Origin: a virus | IMG/VR virus record: IMGVR_UViG_3300028840_004626 | Span: 30,549-94,548 of that record | DNA length: 64,000 nt | Direction: 5' to 3' (one strand) | Shown here: positions 31,224-41,908 of the stretch, one piece after another | Position numbering within the stretch: position 1 is the first letter of the stretch | Layout: each line of letters starts with the position of its first letter | Translations under genes and position numbers: made by a program | Notes under the pieces: generated by a model | What the model was told of the DNA's origin: nothing | Seen by the model: only the letters and a program-made list of their open reading frames with translations | Databases searched by the model: none

Positions 31224-33415
31224 TGTCGATTTATAATACCTACGCAGAAATTATTACTGAAGATATTATCCGGCAGCTACTGGAAGACGGCACTGCGCCC
31301 TCTGTAGGCGAAATAGCCGACCAGCTCGACACCTTTCTGGAAGATAATGATATTTCTCAGCCCCTATTTAACAATAATAGCTACAATGTGGCCTGGAATG
31401 AAAATGCTAGTGCTCTAAAGTGGAACAATTGCAATGAAGCTATCAATAAAGATATAAGAGTGTTGTATAAACATCTCATTAGCACCACTGATCAAAGCAT
31501 CCAGGACTTTGATAGATGGCGTATTGGTGCCCGGCTATTAGAGGGTCGCCTCGATGATCTCCAGGAACGCCTGACGTCATTGCTATTGATTGCCCAGGAC
31601 ACTGCTGGGTACTTTAACTTTATGCAGGACAACTTTGTTAATACAAGCAAGGTGGACCTATCGGCCACTACGGCATATGTCAATATCGATAAGGGCATTG
31701 TAACCCTGGGTACTTCTAGTACTGGAGCTACACGTATTGACACCTCTGATATTCCAGCAGAAGATATTGAATTTACAGTTTTGAGTCGCAATGAGCGGAT
31801 CACGGAGGTTCCAGCCAAACAATCCAATATCGAGAATGTTCTAAGCGATGTTACCAATTTCTGGCAGACCACCGTGTTTGCCCGCAGACCCCAGGCCGTT
31901 ACTGCTGAGCTTAAAATCAATCTTCCTAGTGCACAAAGTCTATCGCGCATTGACATAGATTTGCATCAATCAAATCAAAATAGCTCAATGCAGATTACGC
32001 CAATGTTGTCTACCGATAATTACAATTTTTCGCAGCTGGCCACCAATACCTTTACCCGGTCAGTTATGGATAAAACTACATTTTATTTCACTCCAACCTC
32101 AGCACAGTATGTCAAGCTGATCTTGACTAAGACGGGCTACGATACCTTCGAGGATAGCCAGTATGGATATGAGTTTGGTTTCGATGAAATTGCGTTATAT
32201 AATGAGGGGTTTGCTGCCAATACTGACTCTCAGGTTGTATCTGAAGCACTGTCTGTTACGGGCAATGATGGACAGCCAGAGGAATTTAGTAAGCTTGTTT
32301 TAGAGGTGTGCGAGGATGTGCCCGAGGACACCACTATTGATTACTCTGTGGCTGTTTTCAACAGCGCTACAACCGCAGTGAGCGATCTAACTTTTGTGCC
32401 AATCGATCCGCTAGACCGTTCGCAGACCAGCAAGCCAACCGTGTTGGACTTTGGCGACATTTCATCTGTAACCGTGTCTGGTATTCAGCTATCGTACAAT
32501 ACGACAGCGACCAGTGGTGTATTTTCCAATCCGGCACAAGATTATATCTATGTTCCATCTGTACAAGGAACCACTATTGCGACATCTAGCGGAACTGCTT
32601 CTGCGGTAAGATATACTTTCTCTGCCAGTAATGAACGTATTCTAGATCACACATTATCTTCGGGGATTAATATTGCCCAGGGCACCCTCGAGGTCTGGAG
32701 AAATGTAAATCGCAAGGGATATGACGATACCAAGGTGAGGGGTTATCAGAACGGCTGGGGCTTTGAGGATCCTTATTACAAAACAACGATTTACGCAGAA
32801 AACAAGTCTGGCGTGGACATTGATTTCGGGAGCAACCCTGTTATTATTGATGGAGCTGCTGTTACTGGAAAAGTTAATATTGCAGCTGGTCGCCATACAG
32901 TTATGGTGCATAAAGACAACTGGAGGGCCATCAACAGGAGTGCCGTGGTTGGTAATGGATTATCAGGACTAAAAGACAACGATCCTCTATATCCTTACAA
33001 CCATCGTTATCTTATTGAAGGATTTGCTTATCCCGGAAACTGGCCCACCGCCGAAGAAAAAGTTTATCAAGGGTTTGATATTGTTGCAGAATTCTTCATG
33101 AGCGAGGTTAGTCCATTTGATATGGCCAATAATGTAGCTTCAGATAACTATAGTGTTTATGCCATAGATCAGGACGCAGAAGATGCGACAGCCACATTAG
33201 TTGGGGTTGTAACCCAGACGGGAAAAGAGCCGTCTAGGGTTTTTGTTATGAAAGTTAATGAGAATAATTCCGATTTTATTAATGAGGAATTCTTGATAAA
33301 ATTTAAAGCAGCCAATTCGCTTTCCAAATATGTAAGACTGAAAGCGGTTTTGAGCACAGAAGATACAGCAGTGGCACCATCATTAGACAGTTATAGAATC
33401 AAAATAAGTAGCTAG
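31223..33415 (+). CDS. Baseplate/fibre-network protein with discoidin-like domain, paralog 3
   Basis: 730 aa; ASALKWNNCNEAINKDI, SNIENVLSDVTNFW, AQYVKLIL; C-terminal VRLKAVL...APSLDSYRIKI. Confidence 0.6.
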   Translation: MSIYNTYAEIITEDIIRQLLEDGTAPSVGEIADQLDTFLEDNDISQPLFNNNSYNVAWNENASALKWNNCNEAINKDIRVLYKHLISTTDQSIQDFDRWRIGARLLEGRLDDLQERLTSLLLIAQDTAGYFNFMQDNFVNTSKVDLSATTAYVNIDKGIVTLGTSSTGATRIDTSDIPAEDIEFTVLSRNERITEVPAKQSNIENVLSDVTNFWQTTVFARRPQAVTAELKINLPSAQSLSRIDIDLHQSNQNSSMQITPMLSTDNYNFSQLATNTFTRSVMDKTTFYFTPTSAQYVKLILTKTGYDTFEDSQYGYEFGFDEIALYNEGFAANTDSQVVSEALSVTGNDGQPEEFSKLVLEVCEDVPEDTTIDYSVAVFNSATTAVSDLTFVPIDPLDRSQTSKPTVLDFGDISSVTVSGIQLSYNTTATSGVFSNPAQDYIYVPSVQGTTIATSSGTASAVRYTFSASNERILDHTLSSGINIAQGTLEVWRNVNRKGYDDTKVRGYQNGWGFEDPYYKTTIYAENKSGVDIDFGSNPVIIDGAAVTGKVNIAAGRHTVMVHKDNWRAINRSAVVGNGLSGLKDNDPLYPYNHRYLIEGFAYPGNWPTAEEKVYQGFDIVAEFFMSEVSPFDMANNVASDNYSVYAIDQDAEDATATLVGVVTQTGKEPSRVFVMKVNENNSDFINEEFLIKFKAANSLSKYVRLKAVLSTEDTAVAPSLDSYRIKISS

Positions 33416-33429
33416 CGAGGAGGAGCACC

Positions 33430-35052
33430 TTGGCTAATGACAGGCTAAATAACTTCAGTTTTTCGTTTACGGTACGAAATGCTCCCAAGAGTGGCCCCAC
33501 ATCGTCTGATGCATGGAATGATAGCTTTACTGAATTGTCTAATGATTTGGCGGCTATTGCTTCTGAGTGGAACAATAAACTGGTCACAATCATTGGGGGT
33601 TTGCCAAGAGGCGTACAGGATACAGCGGTTAATGTATTCGTAAACGGTCTTGACGGGAAGAATATGTGGGTAGATCAAGCGATCACCTCGACTTCCGATG
33701 AGACGAATTACTACAATAGTGGAAAAGATCGACCCAATACAGTTAAAGAACAGTTTGACCATATCTATACGACAATCTCCAATGAAATTGAAAGCTTAGA
33801 AGATACGATTGCATCTTCGGCAAGTGGCCTTACCACTGACCAGAAAAACCGTATTGGCGCGAATATCTTTGATCCAACTGCAACCTCCAGCTCCTCCAGC
33901 CTTGATGGCAAATCAGAGAATAACAGACTAAATATTGTTCAGGTTGCCAACGATCTCTACGGCGATGATGTTCAACTAAATAATAATGGTATTGCCATAT
34001 TGACTAATTCGGTCAAGACTATGGTAGATGCCCTTCTTCAAATTCATAATGGTGCCTGGGATAATGATGCGGTAGTTAGTCACGTCGGAGCACTTACCGG
34101 AACGCAGAACGACATTTCGTCATCGCATCCTGGCGATGACACCTTCGTTGGCGTGTGTGTGGACCTAGAGAATGACCTCAACCGAATTCGTCAGGAAATT
34201 CGCGAATTAAGAGGAACAGGGGGATGGCAGACAGGCAATACGGCGCTCTATGTTGGCGGGGCCGATTCTCTGGAAGACTTACTGGTTAGCACTCAGGGAT
34301 CTGCTGCTAAGTCGGCGACAAATCCTTGGGGCTATGATTATACTGACGTAGACGGGGTTTCAACACGCTTTGATGCCGTTCGTGATTTTACGGGTCAGAC
34401 TACACATCTAGACGCATCTCCCAGTTATTCTAGTAACAACTATGTGACCGATGCGACATCTCTGGAAACTGCTATTGGTGCTCTTGATGCAGGGGCTGCG
34501 GCAGCTGTAGCTAGCAACGCGGCCGATATTGCCGAGAACGCTACATGGATTGCAACCCATTCTGGAAACTTGTATGGGACTGTTTATCCTCAGCTGGCAG
34601 CATTAGAAACCTTTGTGGGGCAGGATAGCAATACTGATTCGACACCAGACTACAGCAGCAACAATTATGTAGTAGATGGAGAATCTCTCGAAGATGCTAT
34701 TGGTCGACTAGATGACGCCCTGGCTACAGTATCGGGCTCGTTTACAACGGCGTTTACTAGTTTGACAGATACCCCATCAGACTATTCGGGTAAATCTGGG
34801 CAGTATGCCAGAGTTAATACGGCTGAGACTGGATTGGAATTTGGATATGTGACGCTATCGGGCAATGTAACATTATCTGGAAATGTTACAGTAGAAACGC
34901 TCACAAGCCATTCACATATTGTAACCAACACGGGCTATATGATGGTGGAAAGTAGTGGCTATGGGCTTGTATTGCAGGCCCCGGATTCAACATATTACAT
35001 GGTCCAAGTAACGAACGGTGGAGCGCTGACCACAACAGCGTTTGTACCTTAA
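33430..35052 (+). CDS. Tail fibre / fibre adaptor protein
   Basis: 540 aa; coiled-coil segments, two YSSNNYVxDxxSLExAIGxLD repeats, FTSLTDTPSDYSG...VN...GLEF fibre motif, C-terminal GLVLQAPDSTYYMVQVTNGGAL. Confidence 0.7.
   Translation: MANDRLNNFSFSFTVRNAPKSGPTSSDAWNDSFTELSNDLAAIASEWNNKLVTIIGGLPRGVQDTAVNVFVNGLDGKNMWVDQAITSTSDETNYYNSGKDRPNTVKEQFDHIYTTISNEIESLEDTIASSASGLTTDQKNRIGANIFDPTATSSSSSLDGKSENNRLNIVQVANDLYGDDVQLNNNGIAILTNSVKTMVDALLQIHNGAWDNDAVVSHVGALTGTQNDISSSHPGDDTFVGVCVDLENDLNRIRQEIRELRGTGGWQTGNTALYVGGADSLEDLLVSTQGSAAKSATNPWGYDYTDVDGVSTRFDAVRDFTGQTTHLDASPSYSSNNYVTDATSLETAIGALDAGAAAAVASNAADIAENATWIATHSGNLYGTVYPQLAALETFVGQDSNTDSTPDYSSNNYVVDGESLEDAIGRLDDALATVSGSFTTAFTSLTDTPSDYSGKSGQYARVNTAETGLEFGYVTLSGNVTLSGNVTVETLTSHSHIVTNTGYMMVESSGYGLVLQAPDSTYYMVQVTNGGALTTTAFVP
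34387..34716 (+). repeat. Two imperfect ~35-aa coding repeats in the fibre gene (approximate limits)
   Basis: FTGQTTHLDASPSYSSNNYVTDATSLETAIGALDA vs FVGQDSNTDSTPDYSSNNYVVDGESLEDAIGRLDD. Confidence 0.8.
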
Positions 35053-35067
35053 GCAGGAGTTGAGTCA

Positions 35068-37308
35068 ATGTCAGGACGACACTTAACACAGTCTGAAGTT
35101 GCTGATTCAGTCGGCGTAGAAGAATTTGCTAATTTTAACCAGGCCGTTCACTCTCATGGTTCAGCTCCCGTGCGTGTGATGGTTGGCACAGACCAGACCA
35201 TTGCATCAGATACCACTATTCCAGATAATGTCACCGTTGTTGTGGGACCGGGCGCGACTATTACTGTGAACCATAATGTTACCCTGACCGTTAAGGGTAA
35301 TATTGAAGCAGGCTCTTATCAGATTTTTGAGTGGGGTGGCGTAAGTCCAGACTGGGATTTTTCTCAGAGCCAAAGGCAAGAACGTGTTCTTGCAACATGG
35401 TGGGGGGCCAAGGGTGATGGGGTCACAAACAATCAAACTGCTCTTACTGCAGCCTTTAACTGTGGTGCCGGGAAAGTGATTCTTCCGGATGGCGTATACG
35501 CCACCAATGAAGTTATCTATATTACCACTAGCGATACGACGATTGAGGGCACCGGTAATTCGTGGCTGTTTCGCCCTACTACATGGTCAAGTGTATGGTC
35601 TGGTGCGATTGGCATTTTGTCAATTGGGAATGGATCGACTACGACTAGTCGCGTTAAGGTTAAAAACATCAAACTAGATGGAAATTACTACAATCTGACA
35701 GGCGGCAACAAGTATCCATTTAATGGAAGCGATCCAGTGTGGGGCGGACTAAATGTTCTATCTAACTGTTACGATATTGACATTGAAGACTGCTATGCCG
35801 TTCGTTGCAGCATGACTGGGTTCTTTATGTGGGGCGGCAACAATGGGGATACCAAGCGTGTTACATTCTTGCGTTGCACTACCGAAGATAGCGCTCTGGC
35901 TATGGCCGAGGAGCGCGGTGGCGCAGTAGGACATAACCATGAATTCCACGCAATAGGATGTCGCGGTTTTGACAATACTTTTGGAATCCAGGTTGGATGC
36001 CGCAAATTTAAGGTTACCAATTGCCACTTTGAAGCTACAGATCAATATGCCTTATCATGCGGAACATCAGACTGGGGAGACCTTGAGTCTTCTGGAACAT
36101 TTACGAACTCAACTTTTGTTTTAAAGAGTACGGCGCGCAATATTCTAGGTCGCGTTATGGGCACTCCTATCAATCCAGTTGTTCCACTGTATGTTGGCAA
36201 GCATACTGATATGAATATTCAGTTCACTGGATGTACCTTTATCTGTGAAGCCGACAAACAGAACTTCAAGGTATTTCAGCCCGTAAATTGTTCGTTTACT
36301 AATTGTGAGTTTATCGGGGGATCGCATCCGTTTAATATTGATATTAACGAATATGCTGAAGATTACGGAAGAACGCCCGTGCCTCTTGTTGGATGTAAAT
36401 TTTTGGCGGCACGCGATATGCATCTCAACCTTGAGGGTCCAGTATATGCTTCTAATTGTATTATTGCCTCAGGCATTAACGATGGAGACGCAGTATGGGC
36501 AGCAGTCTGGTTGGCGGATGACAAATGTAGTGGATCGGTATTCCGAGATTGTCAAATTGGAGCGGTAGACGGTACCCGCGAGGATATGACTAGGGGATTT
36601 AGAATGCCTGGCAACCCCCAACTTTATGGATGGGGAAGTGTTCCGCAGGACATTACTATTGATAATTGTAGATTTGGGCCTACCATAACAACACCATTTG
36701 TTGTGCGAGGAAGAGATGTACGCAACTGGAGGATCTTAAATTCTCAAGAAGTGCTAGAAAATGCAAATTTGGGCTATTTGGCTACTGATCATCGCGTTTG
36801 GACAACTACCGGTTCTCCATATAGTGTGCGACTCGATGTTAGCGAGATGGTTTACAATAAGTATGACCCCGAGAATAATAGTCGACCATATGCTTGGGTG
36901 TGCACAGAGTCTGGACTAGTTCATATTGCCAATACTGGTGACACGACTAGTGGAGACTACTATGTTCGCAATCTATCGTCAGTTAGTTCCTGGGAAGCGG
37001 GAGACCCCATTAAGGGAACTGGCATCCCCGCTGCTACTACGGTAACTGGTGTAGATCTTGTTGGTTTACAGGCGGGCATGGACAATGCTGCGACAGCAAC
37101 CAATACGGGCATTTCCTTATATGAGGGAGTCCTGCAAGAACTGGATGCTGCTGGCGATGAAGCGCCAATAAGTGTTGGCGGAGTCACAGCATCTGGTAAC
37201 ATTGAGGTTACCGCTAGTGGCTTTGGACTAGTTTTAAAAGCCGATAATGGCACGCGATATTTGCTAGAAGTGGCTAATGACGGATCGTTAACCACATCAG
37301 TAGTGTAA
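35068..37308 (+). CDS. Tailspike / depolymerase 1 (right-handed beta-helix)
   Basis: WWGAKGDGVTNNQTALTAA pectate-lyase-3-type cap, repeated NCxF/GCxF rungs. Confidence 0.8.
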   Translation: MSGRHLTQSEVADSVGVEEFANFNQAVHSHGSAPVRVMVGTDQTIASDTTIPDNVTVVVGPGATITVNHNVTLTVKGNIEAGSYQIFEWGGVSPDWDFSQSQRQERVLATWWGAKGDGVTNNQTALTAAFNCGAGKVILPDGVYATNEVIYITTSDTTIEGTGNSWLFRPTTWSSVWSGAIGILSIGNGSTTTSRVKVKNIKLDGNYYNLTGGNKYPFNGSDPVWGGLNVLSNCYDIDIEDCYAVRCSMTGFFMWGGNNGDTKRVTFLRCTTEDSALAMAEERGGAVGHNHEFHAIGCRGFDNTFGIQVGCRKFKVTNCHFEATDQYALSCGTSDWGDLESSGTFTNSTFVLKSTARNILGRVMGTPINPVVPLYVGKHTDMNIQFTGCTFICEADKQNFKVFQPVNCSFTNCEFIGGSHPFNIDINEYAEDYGRTPVPLVGCKFLAARDMHLNLEGPVYASNCIIASGINDGDAVWAAVWLADDKCSGSVFRDCQIGAVDGTREDMTRGFRMPGNPQLYGWGSVPQDITIDNCRFGPTITTPFVVRGRDVRNWRILNSQEVLENANLGYLATDHRVWTTTGSPYSVRLDVSEMVYNKYDPENNSRPYAWVCTESGLVHIANTGDTTSGDYYVRNLSSVSSWEAGDPIKGTGIPAATTVTGVDLVGLQAGMDNAATATNTGISLYEGVLQELDAAGDEAPISVGGVTASGNIEVTASGFGLVLKADNGTRYLLEVANDGSLTTSVV

Positions 37309-37320
37309 GGAGTCAATAAT

Positions 37321-39486
37321 ATGCCTCGACATTTACATCGTGATGAAATAAGTATTCGTAGCATCGGGGAGTTTGATGGCGCTTCTGCAGCTACTCTGGA
37401 GAATGCGATCCATAACCTGAAAACGACTGGCGACGAGGCTATTCTTGCCATCGGCGAAGACCTAACTATTGCTAGTAATTTAACTATTCCAGCTAATGTT
37501 ACGCTACGGGTTTATCGCGGTGCTACGATTACCATAAACAATGGTGTTGCAGTTACAATCCTTGGTGGCGTAGAGGCAGGAGATTATCAAATATTTTCGT
37601 TTGGTGGGGGCAGCGCTAGTGTCGATTTCTCTTCTGCCAAGCAGAGGGAAGTTAACGTATTATGGTGGGGCGCAGTAGCTGATGATTCAACCGATAACTA
37701 TGCGCCTTTTCAATATGCAATTAATTCTTCTGCGGCTGTTATCCACGTACCAGGAGAGGGCACATATAGATTTGATGACAAGCCTCTTATTAATTTGCCA
37801 GGCATCAGGTTGCAGGGCCAAGGGGCCACACTTAAAGCGGGAAACAACTTTTCTCCTAGCCGCATTCTAGAAATTTTAGGCGGAGCATCGGATATTATCA
37901 TTGATGGTTTGGTGTTTGATACCAATGTTAGCGAAAATGGCGGGTCTGTTTATGAGGCTGCAGCTGGCGACAGAATTTACGGGATCATGCTTAACGACAC
38001 TGGCGGCCAATCACCGTCTAATGTTGTGATCTCGAATTGTCAATTCAATAATATGACGGGTGGCCCGATATATGTATTTTGTGACGGGCTAGATTACCTA
38101 ACAATCAGGGACTGTAATGTAGATACTTCTCGCCTGGCTATGTTTATTAGCCCCAACAGCGTGAACTGGAAGTTTGTTCCACAGATTACGATTGACAATT
38201 TTCACGCCAAGGCCTGCAATGAAGGCTTTTATATTTATTATGGAAATTTAAATGTCACCAATAGCTCAGTAGAGGTTAGGTGGAGGTATGGCATTTACCA
38301 GGGCCCACCTACATACCTTGGCGATAGTGATACAAGGTGGACCAATTGCAGATTTTACCATAATGGAGAATATAGCTCTCGCGACAAAATGATTTGGATT
38401 TTCGGTGGAACTGGTGGAGTTGTTACAACCATTAATACTGCACAGTTTACTAATTGTTTATTCTATATTGGGTATTATTGGACAGCTGCGACATCCGTGG
38501 ACGTGGACTTACCAGCTCGCGCTACGTTTGATAACTGTACTTGGGAGGGCGGAACCTACGGGCTAGGTTGCGGTCCAGATATTGCGGCAGCAGTATATGA
38601 AAAGCCTCCGGTTAAAGTCAATAACTGTAATATGTTCTTAAATCGGTATGCAATCTATGCATCTGCGCCGATTCAGGTTTTCAATACAACTATTGCATCA
38701 GGATATGATGGCGGCGGATCGTGTATCTATTTGGCGACAGCTAATGCAAATACGTCAACCTTCGTGGGGTGTCACTTAGGCTGGGATCAAAATGAAAATT
38801 ATAGCAGTGGCTACAGAACTGCTGGCGCCATTTGTTCTGGGGTTAGGGCGATTGCCACTACATTCGGTGCTGGTATTACCAACCAATTTAATATTGCTGG
38901 TTCTGGAACCAAGCAGACTAGATGGGACATTCGAGCTAGCCAGCCGCCTCACAATAAAGACGGCAAGGCCTGGAGGCAGAGTAGCAGTAGGCCGTTTGAC
39001 GACTCAGTTCTTACCCAGGGAGTTTTTCAGTGGAGAGCAGCTCCCACGTCGGCCGGAACAGCAGGATGGGCAATAACTAAAACCGGAAAAGGCCACCAAG
39101 AATCTTATGGTGTTACTACATCAGGAAGCTACATAATCACATCAGTATCTCAGGCTGTTACGTGGAGTGTCGGAGACCGATTAATTAGCGACCGCGCATT
39201 TCCTAATGCCTACGGGGTCACGGTTACTGGGGTTGACTATTCGACAGCACAGGTTGGATTGGATAAGCCAGCCCTATATACTTGTGATTCTGAAGAGCTA
39301 TATGAGGGTCGCATTAGTCACTGGGGGCACATTGAGCCAATCACTACAGCTCGCGACATTACCATTAGCTCTGATGACTCTGGATTGGTTTTGACTGATA
39401 GCGACGCCAAGAAATGGAAATTCCGCGTCAACACTAAGGGATCTCTTTATGCCGAAAGACAGCTTGACGTGCCGGAGGATTACTAA
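37321..39486 (+). CDS. Tailspike / depolymerase 2 (right-handed beta-helix)
   Basis: WWGAVADDSTDNYAPFQYAIN cap, NCQF/NCRF/NCLF rungs; N- and C-terminal modules shared with tailspike 1. Confidence 0.8.
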   Translation: MPRHLHRDEISIRSIGEFDGASAATLENAIHNLKTTGDEAILAIGEDLTIASNLTIPANVTLRVYRGATITINNGVAVTILGGVEAGDYQIFSFGGGSASVDFSSAKQREVNVLWWGAVADDSTDNYAPFQYAINSSAAVIHVPGEGTYRFDDKPLINLPGIRLQGQGATLKAGNNFSPSRILEILGGASDIIIDGLVFDTNVSENGGSVYEAAAGDRIYGIMLNDTGGQSPSNVVISNCQFNNMTGGPIYVFCDGLDYLTIRDCNVDTSRLAMFISPNSVNWKFVPQITIDNFHAKACNEGFYIYYGNLNVTNSSVEVRWRYGIYQGPPTYLGDSDTRWTNCRFYHNGEYSSRDKMIWIFGGTGGVVTTINTAQFTNCLFYIGYYWTAATSVDVDLPARATFDNCTWEGGTYGLGCGPDIAAAVYEKPPVKVNNCNMFLNRYAIYASAPIQVFNTTIASGYDGGGSCIYLATANANTSTFVGCHLGWDQNENYSSGYRTAGAICSGVRAIATTFGAGITNQFNIAGSGTKQTRWDIRASQPPHNKDGKAWRQSSSRPFDDSVLTQGVFQWRAAPTSAGTAGWAITKTGKGHQESYGVTTSGSYIITSVSQAVTWSVGDRLISDRAFPNAYGVTVTGVDYSTAQVGLDKPALYTCDSEELYEGRISHWGHIEPITTARDITISSDDSGLVLTDSDAKKWKFRVNTKGSLYAERQLDVPEDY

Positions 39487-41891
39487 TGAGCTACGATTTA
39501 CAACGGGTCTATCTGAGTGATTTTTCGACCAATACGAAAACATTGGCTAATTATACTAACTTGTCCAATGCGATATCATTGCTGGGCTCAACAGAATGCG
39601 TCCTAATATACAATGAGACTGAAGCGACCAAGCTGAATTACACTTTGATTATTCCAGAGAACATCGTGTTGCGTTTTGAAAAGGGCGCTTACATTCCTTT
39701 GGATCAGAGTGGCAACCTACGCTGCTATGGAAGAATCGATGCTGATCGAGAGAAAATCTTTGATTTTCCTAGTAACCGTACTCAACCTGTTGTATTTTAT
39801 CACGCCCAGCCCGTTTATCCGGAGTGGTTTGGTGCTGTTGGTGATGGAGTTACTGATGATGCGGCAGCGCTGAGATGTGCTCTTGCTGCAGTACATACTG
39901 ATGCTGAGCTAACTATTGATAATAGATTTGGAACCCTTGACTGGGGATGGAGGCACTTCTATACAACAGAGGGCCTAACAACAGTCTATGGCTGCCATAT
40001 GAAAACCAGTGGCGCTCGCATTACGGTGCCCAATACTTTCGAGGGGACAGTTATCAATATCGATGGGCCCCGTGCAAATGAGATTTATAGCCTAGATTTA
40101 CATTTTCCAGAAATACATAAAGCCCCAAGTGGCGGCAATGCTACGTGGGCGCAGGATGCGATTGGCATCCAAATGACCAACGTGCGCAATTCTAAGATTC
40201 GCATCGACAAGGTTAGTGGTTTTTGGAAAGGCATTGTCGCACGGGGCAATCAGCAGGGTTTTGTATACAATCAGATTTGGCTTGGCAATATTGTCAATTG
40301 TCAGTATGGATTACAGTTTGAGTTTGCGGCTTCTGGCTGGGTGAATGAGAACACCTGGTATGGTGGCAAGTTTAGTGATGCGACAGGAGCATCTACTGAA
40401 AACCTCGAATGTGTATCTATTAATGCTGGAGACGAAACATCAGTCATCCTCAATGATCACAATATGTTTATTCGGCCTTGTCTTGAAAGCACTAACCCAA
40501 GGCGAACTGCCGTTATCATGGGTGGTACCAATAATCAGTTTATGCAACCTCGTCTTGAGGGTATTCGGAACGCTGGTTTTCGGTTTACGACAAGTGCTAT
40601 TGCGAACAAGATTGAGCGTGCAGAACGCATGTTGATAGACCCTGTTATTTTAGACTCAGGATCGATCAATACTGTTATCAGCGCAGAAATGCTTAATGTT
40701 ACTACGCGCGATAACACTCGTGGAAATGATGCTCTAGTTATTGGCGCCAACAAAAAGGAACAGATAGAGAACGCGATGACGGTTGGGTCCTTGCCTCAAT
40801 CGGGGTGGTATCGTGGATGTGTGGGCTTTACTCAAGGAAGTTCTATTCGGTGGCCCGCATTTTCAATTGATGTAGATTCGGTAGCTGGGGTCAATGTCAA
40901 TACTGATACGTTACATACATTGTTGCCAACAATCGATACCGGCCTAACTACAGCTAGGGGGCTTTACTACAATACTAGTGGAGATGCTGCAATTGGTGGT
41001 TTAACCAATGGCACTTGGTATTATGCGATTCCGGTGGCTTCTAGTGGATTCAAATTGGCTAGCAGCTCAACCAATGCTGCTGCGGGCACCTGCATTAATA
41101 TTACGGGTGTTGGTGGCGGAGGAACCCATAACTTTTCTAACTCGGCCAAACAGCTAGAGCTGCAAAGCTGGGGAAGCTATTCTGCCATTAATCTGGACGA
41201 CGATATTTATAACCTGTATTTCGTGCCAGGCAAGGGCCTCTGGTTCACTGGGATGCAGCTCAATAGCGAGGAAAGTTCCACGGCTCGCTATCGCATGCTG
41301 TATGTAGATCAACAATATAAGACCTTTAATCCTTCTACTGATATTACGGGCAATGCCTATCATTGGTACGTAACTGAAGCTTCCCATGGTTTTTATACTG
41401 GAGAGCGAGTTTATTACACTGGGTCTACATCAATTAGTAGCGAGCTAACCTCGGGCGAACCAGCTTATGTTATTAATAGGTCAACCAATACTTTTAGACT
41501 GGCCAAGAATATTCATCTGGCAGGCATTGGTACGCCAGCCTTGCTAACTGCTACTCCAAATGAAACACACAATATTCAGAAAGTTCGATTAAAGTTCGTA
41601 ACTGGCGATGATGTTCGCCATCGCGAAGTAGGTATTGCGAGAAAGTACTATGGTGCCTGGAATCCTGGCAATATCGCTCCTGGTAATAGTGTAACTAGAG
41701 AGATCAATGTAGACTTTGCAGTTCCTGGGGACCTGGTCTTAGCGAACCTATCGTCTATTCAACATCAGCAATGTATTATTACGGGAACTGTAGTACGTGA
41801 CCATTATGCAAATATTGTACTTGCAAATGTGGCTGCTAGTGGTGTGACTATTGGTTCTGGCGTATTGACTGTTGCCGCATTCGAACAATAA
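39486..41891 (+). CDS. Tailspike / depolymerase 3 (beta-helix plus two fibre repeat modules)
   Basis: PEWFGAVGDGVTDDAAAL cap; beta-helix; two (H/T)GxxT..xYY...F(K/R)LA modules near the C-terminus. Confidence 0.8.
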   Translation: MSYDLQRVYLSDFSTNTKTLANYTNLSNAISLLGSTECVLIYNETEATKLNYTLIIPENIVLRFEKGAYIPLDQSGNLRCYGRIDADREKIFDFPSNRTQPVVFYHAQPVYPEWFGAVGDGVTDDAAALRCALAAVHTDAELTIDNRFGTLDWGWRHFYTTEGLTTVYGCHMKTSGARITVPNTFEGTVINIDGPRANEIYSLDLHFPEIHKAPSGGNATWAQDAIGIQMTNVRNSKIRIDKVSGFWKGIVARGNQQGFVYNQIWLGNIVNCQYGLQFEFAASGWVNENTWYGGKFSDATGASTENLECVSINAGDETSVILNDHNMFIRPCLESTNPRRTAVIMGGTNNQFMQPRLEGIRNAGFRFTTSAIANKIERAERMLIDPVILDSGSINTVISAEMLNVTTRDNTRGNDALVIGANKKEQIENAMTVGSLPQSGWYRGCVGFTQGSSIRWPAFSIDVDSVAGVNVNTDTLHTLLPTIDTGLTTARGLYYNTSGDAAIGGLTNGTWYYAIPVASSGFKLASSSTNAAAGTCINITGVGGGGTHNFSNSAKQLELQSWGSYSAINLDDDIYNLYFVPGKGLWFTGMQLNSEESSTARYRMLYVDQQYKTFNPSTDITGNAYHWYVTEASHGFYTGERVYYTGSTSISSELTSGEPAYVINRSTNTFRLAKNIHLAGIGTPALLTATPNETHNIQKVRLKFVTGDDVRHREVGIARKYYGAWNPGNIAPGNSVTREINVDFAVPGDLVLANLSSIQHQQCIITGTVVRDHYANIVLANVAASGVTIGSGVLTVAAFEQ

Positions 41892-41908
41892 ATGTAGGAG
41901 AAATAAGA

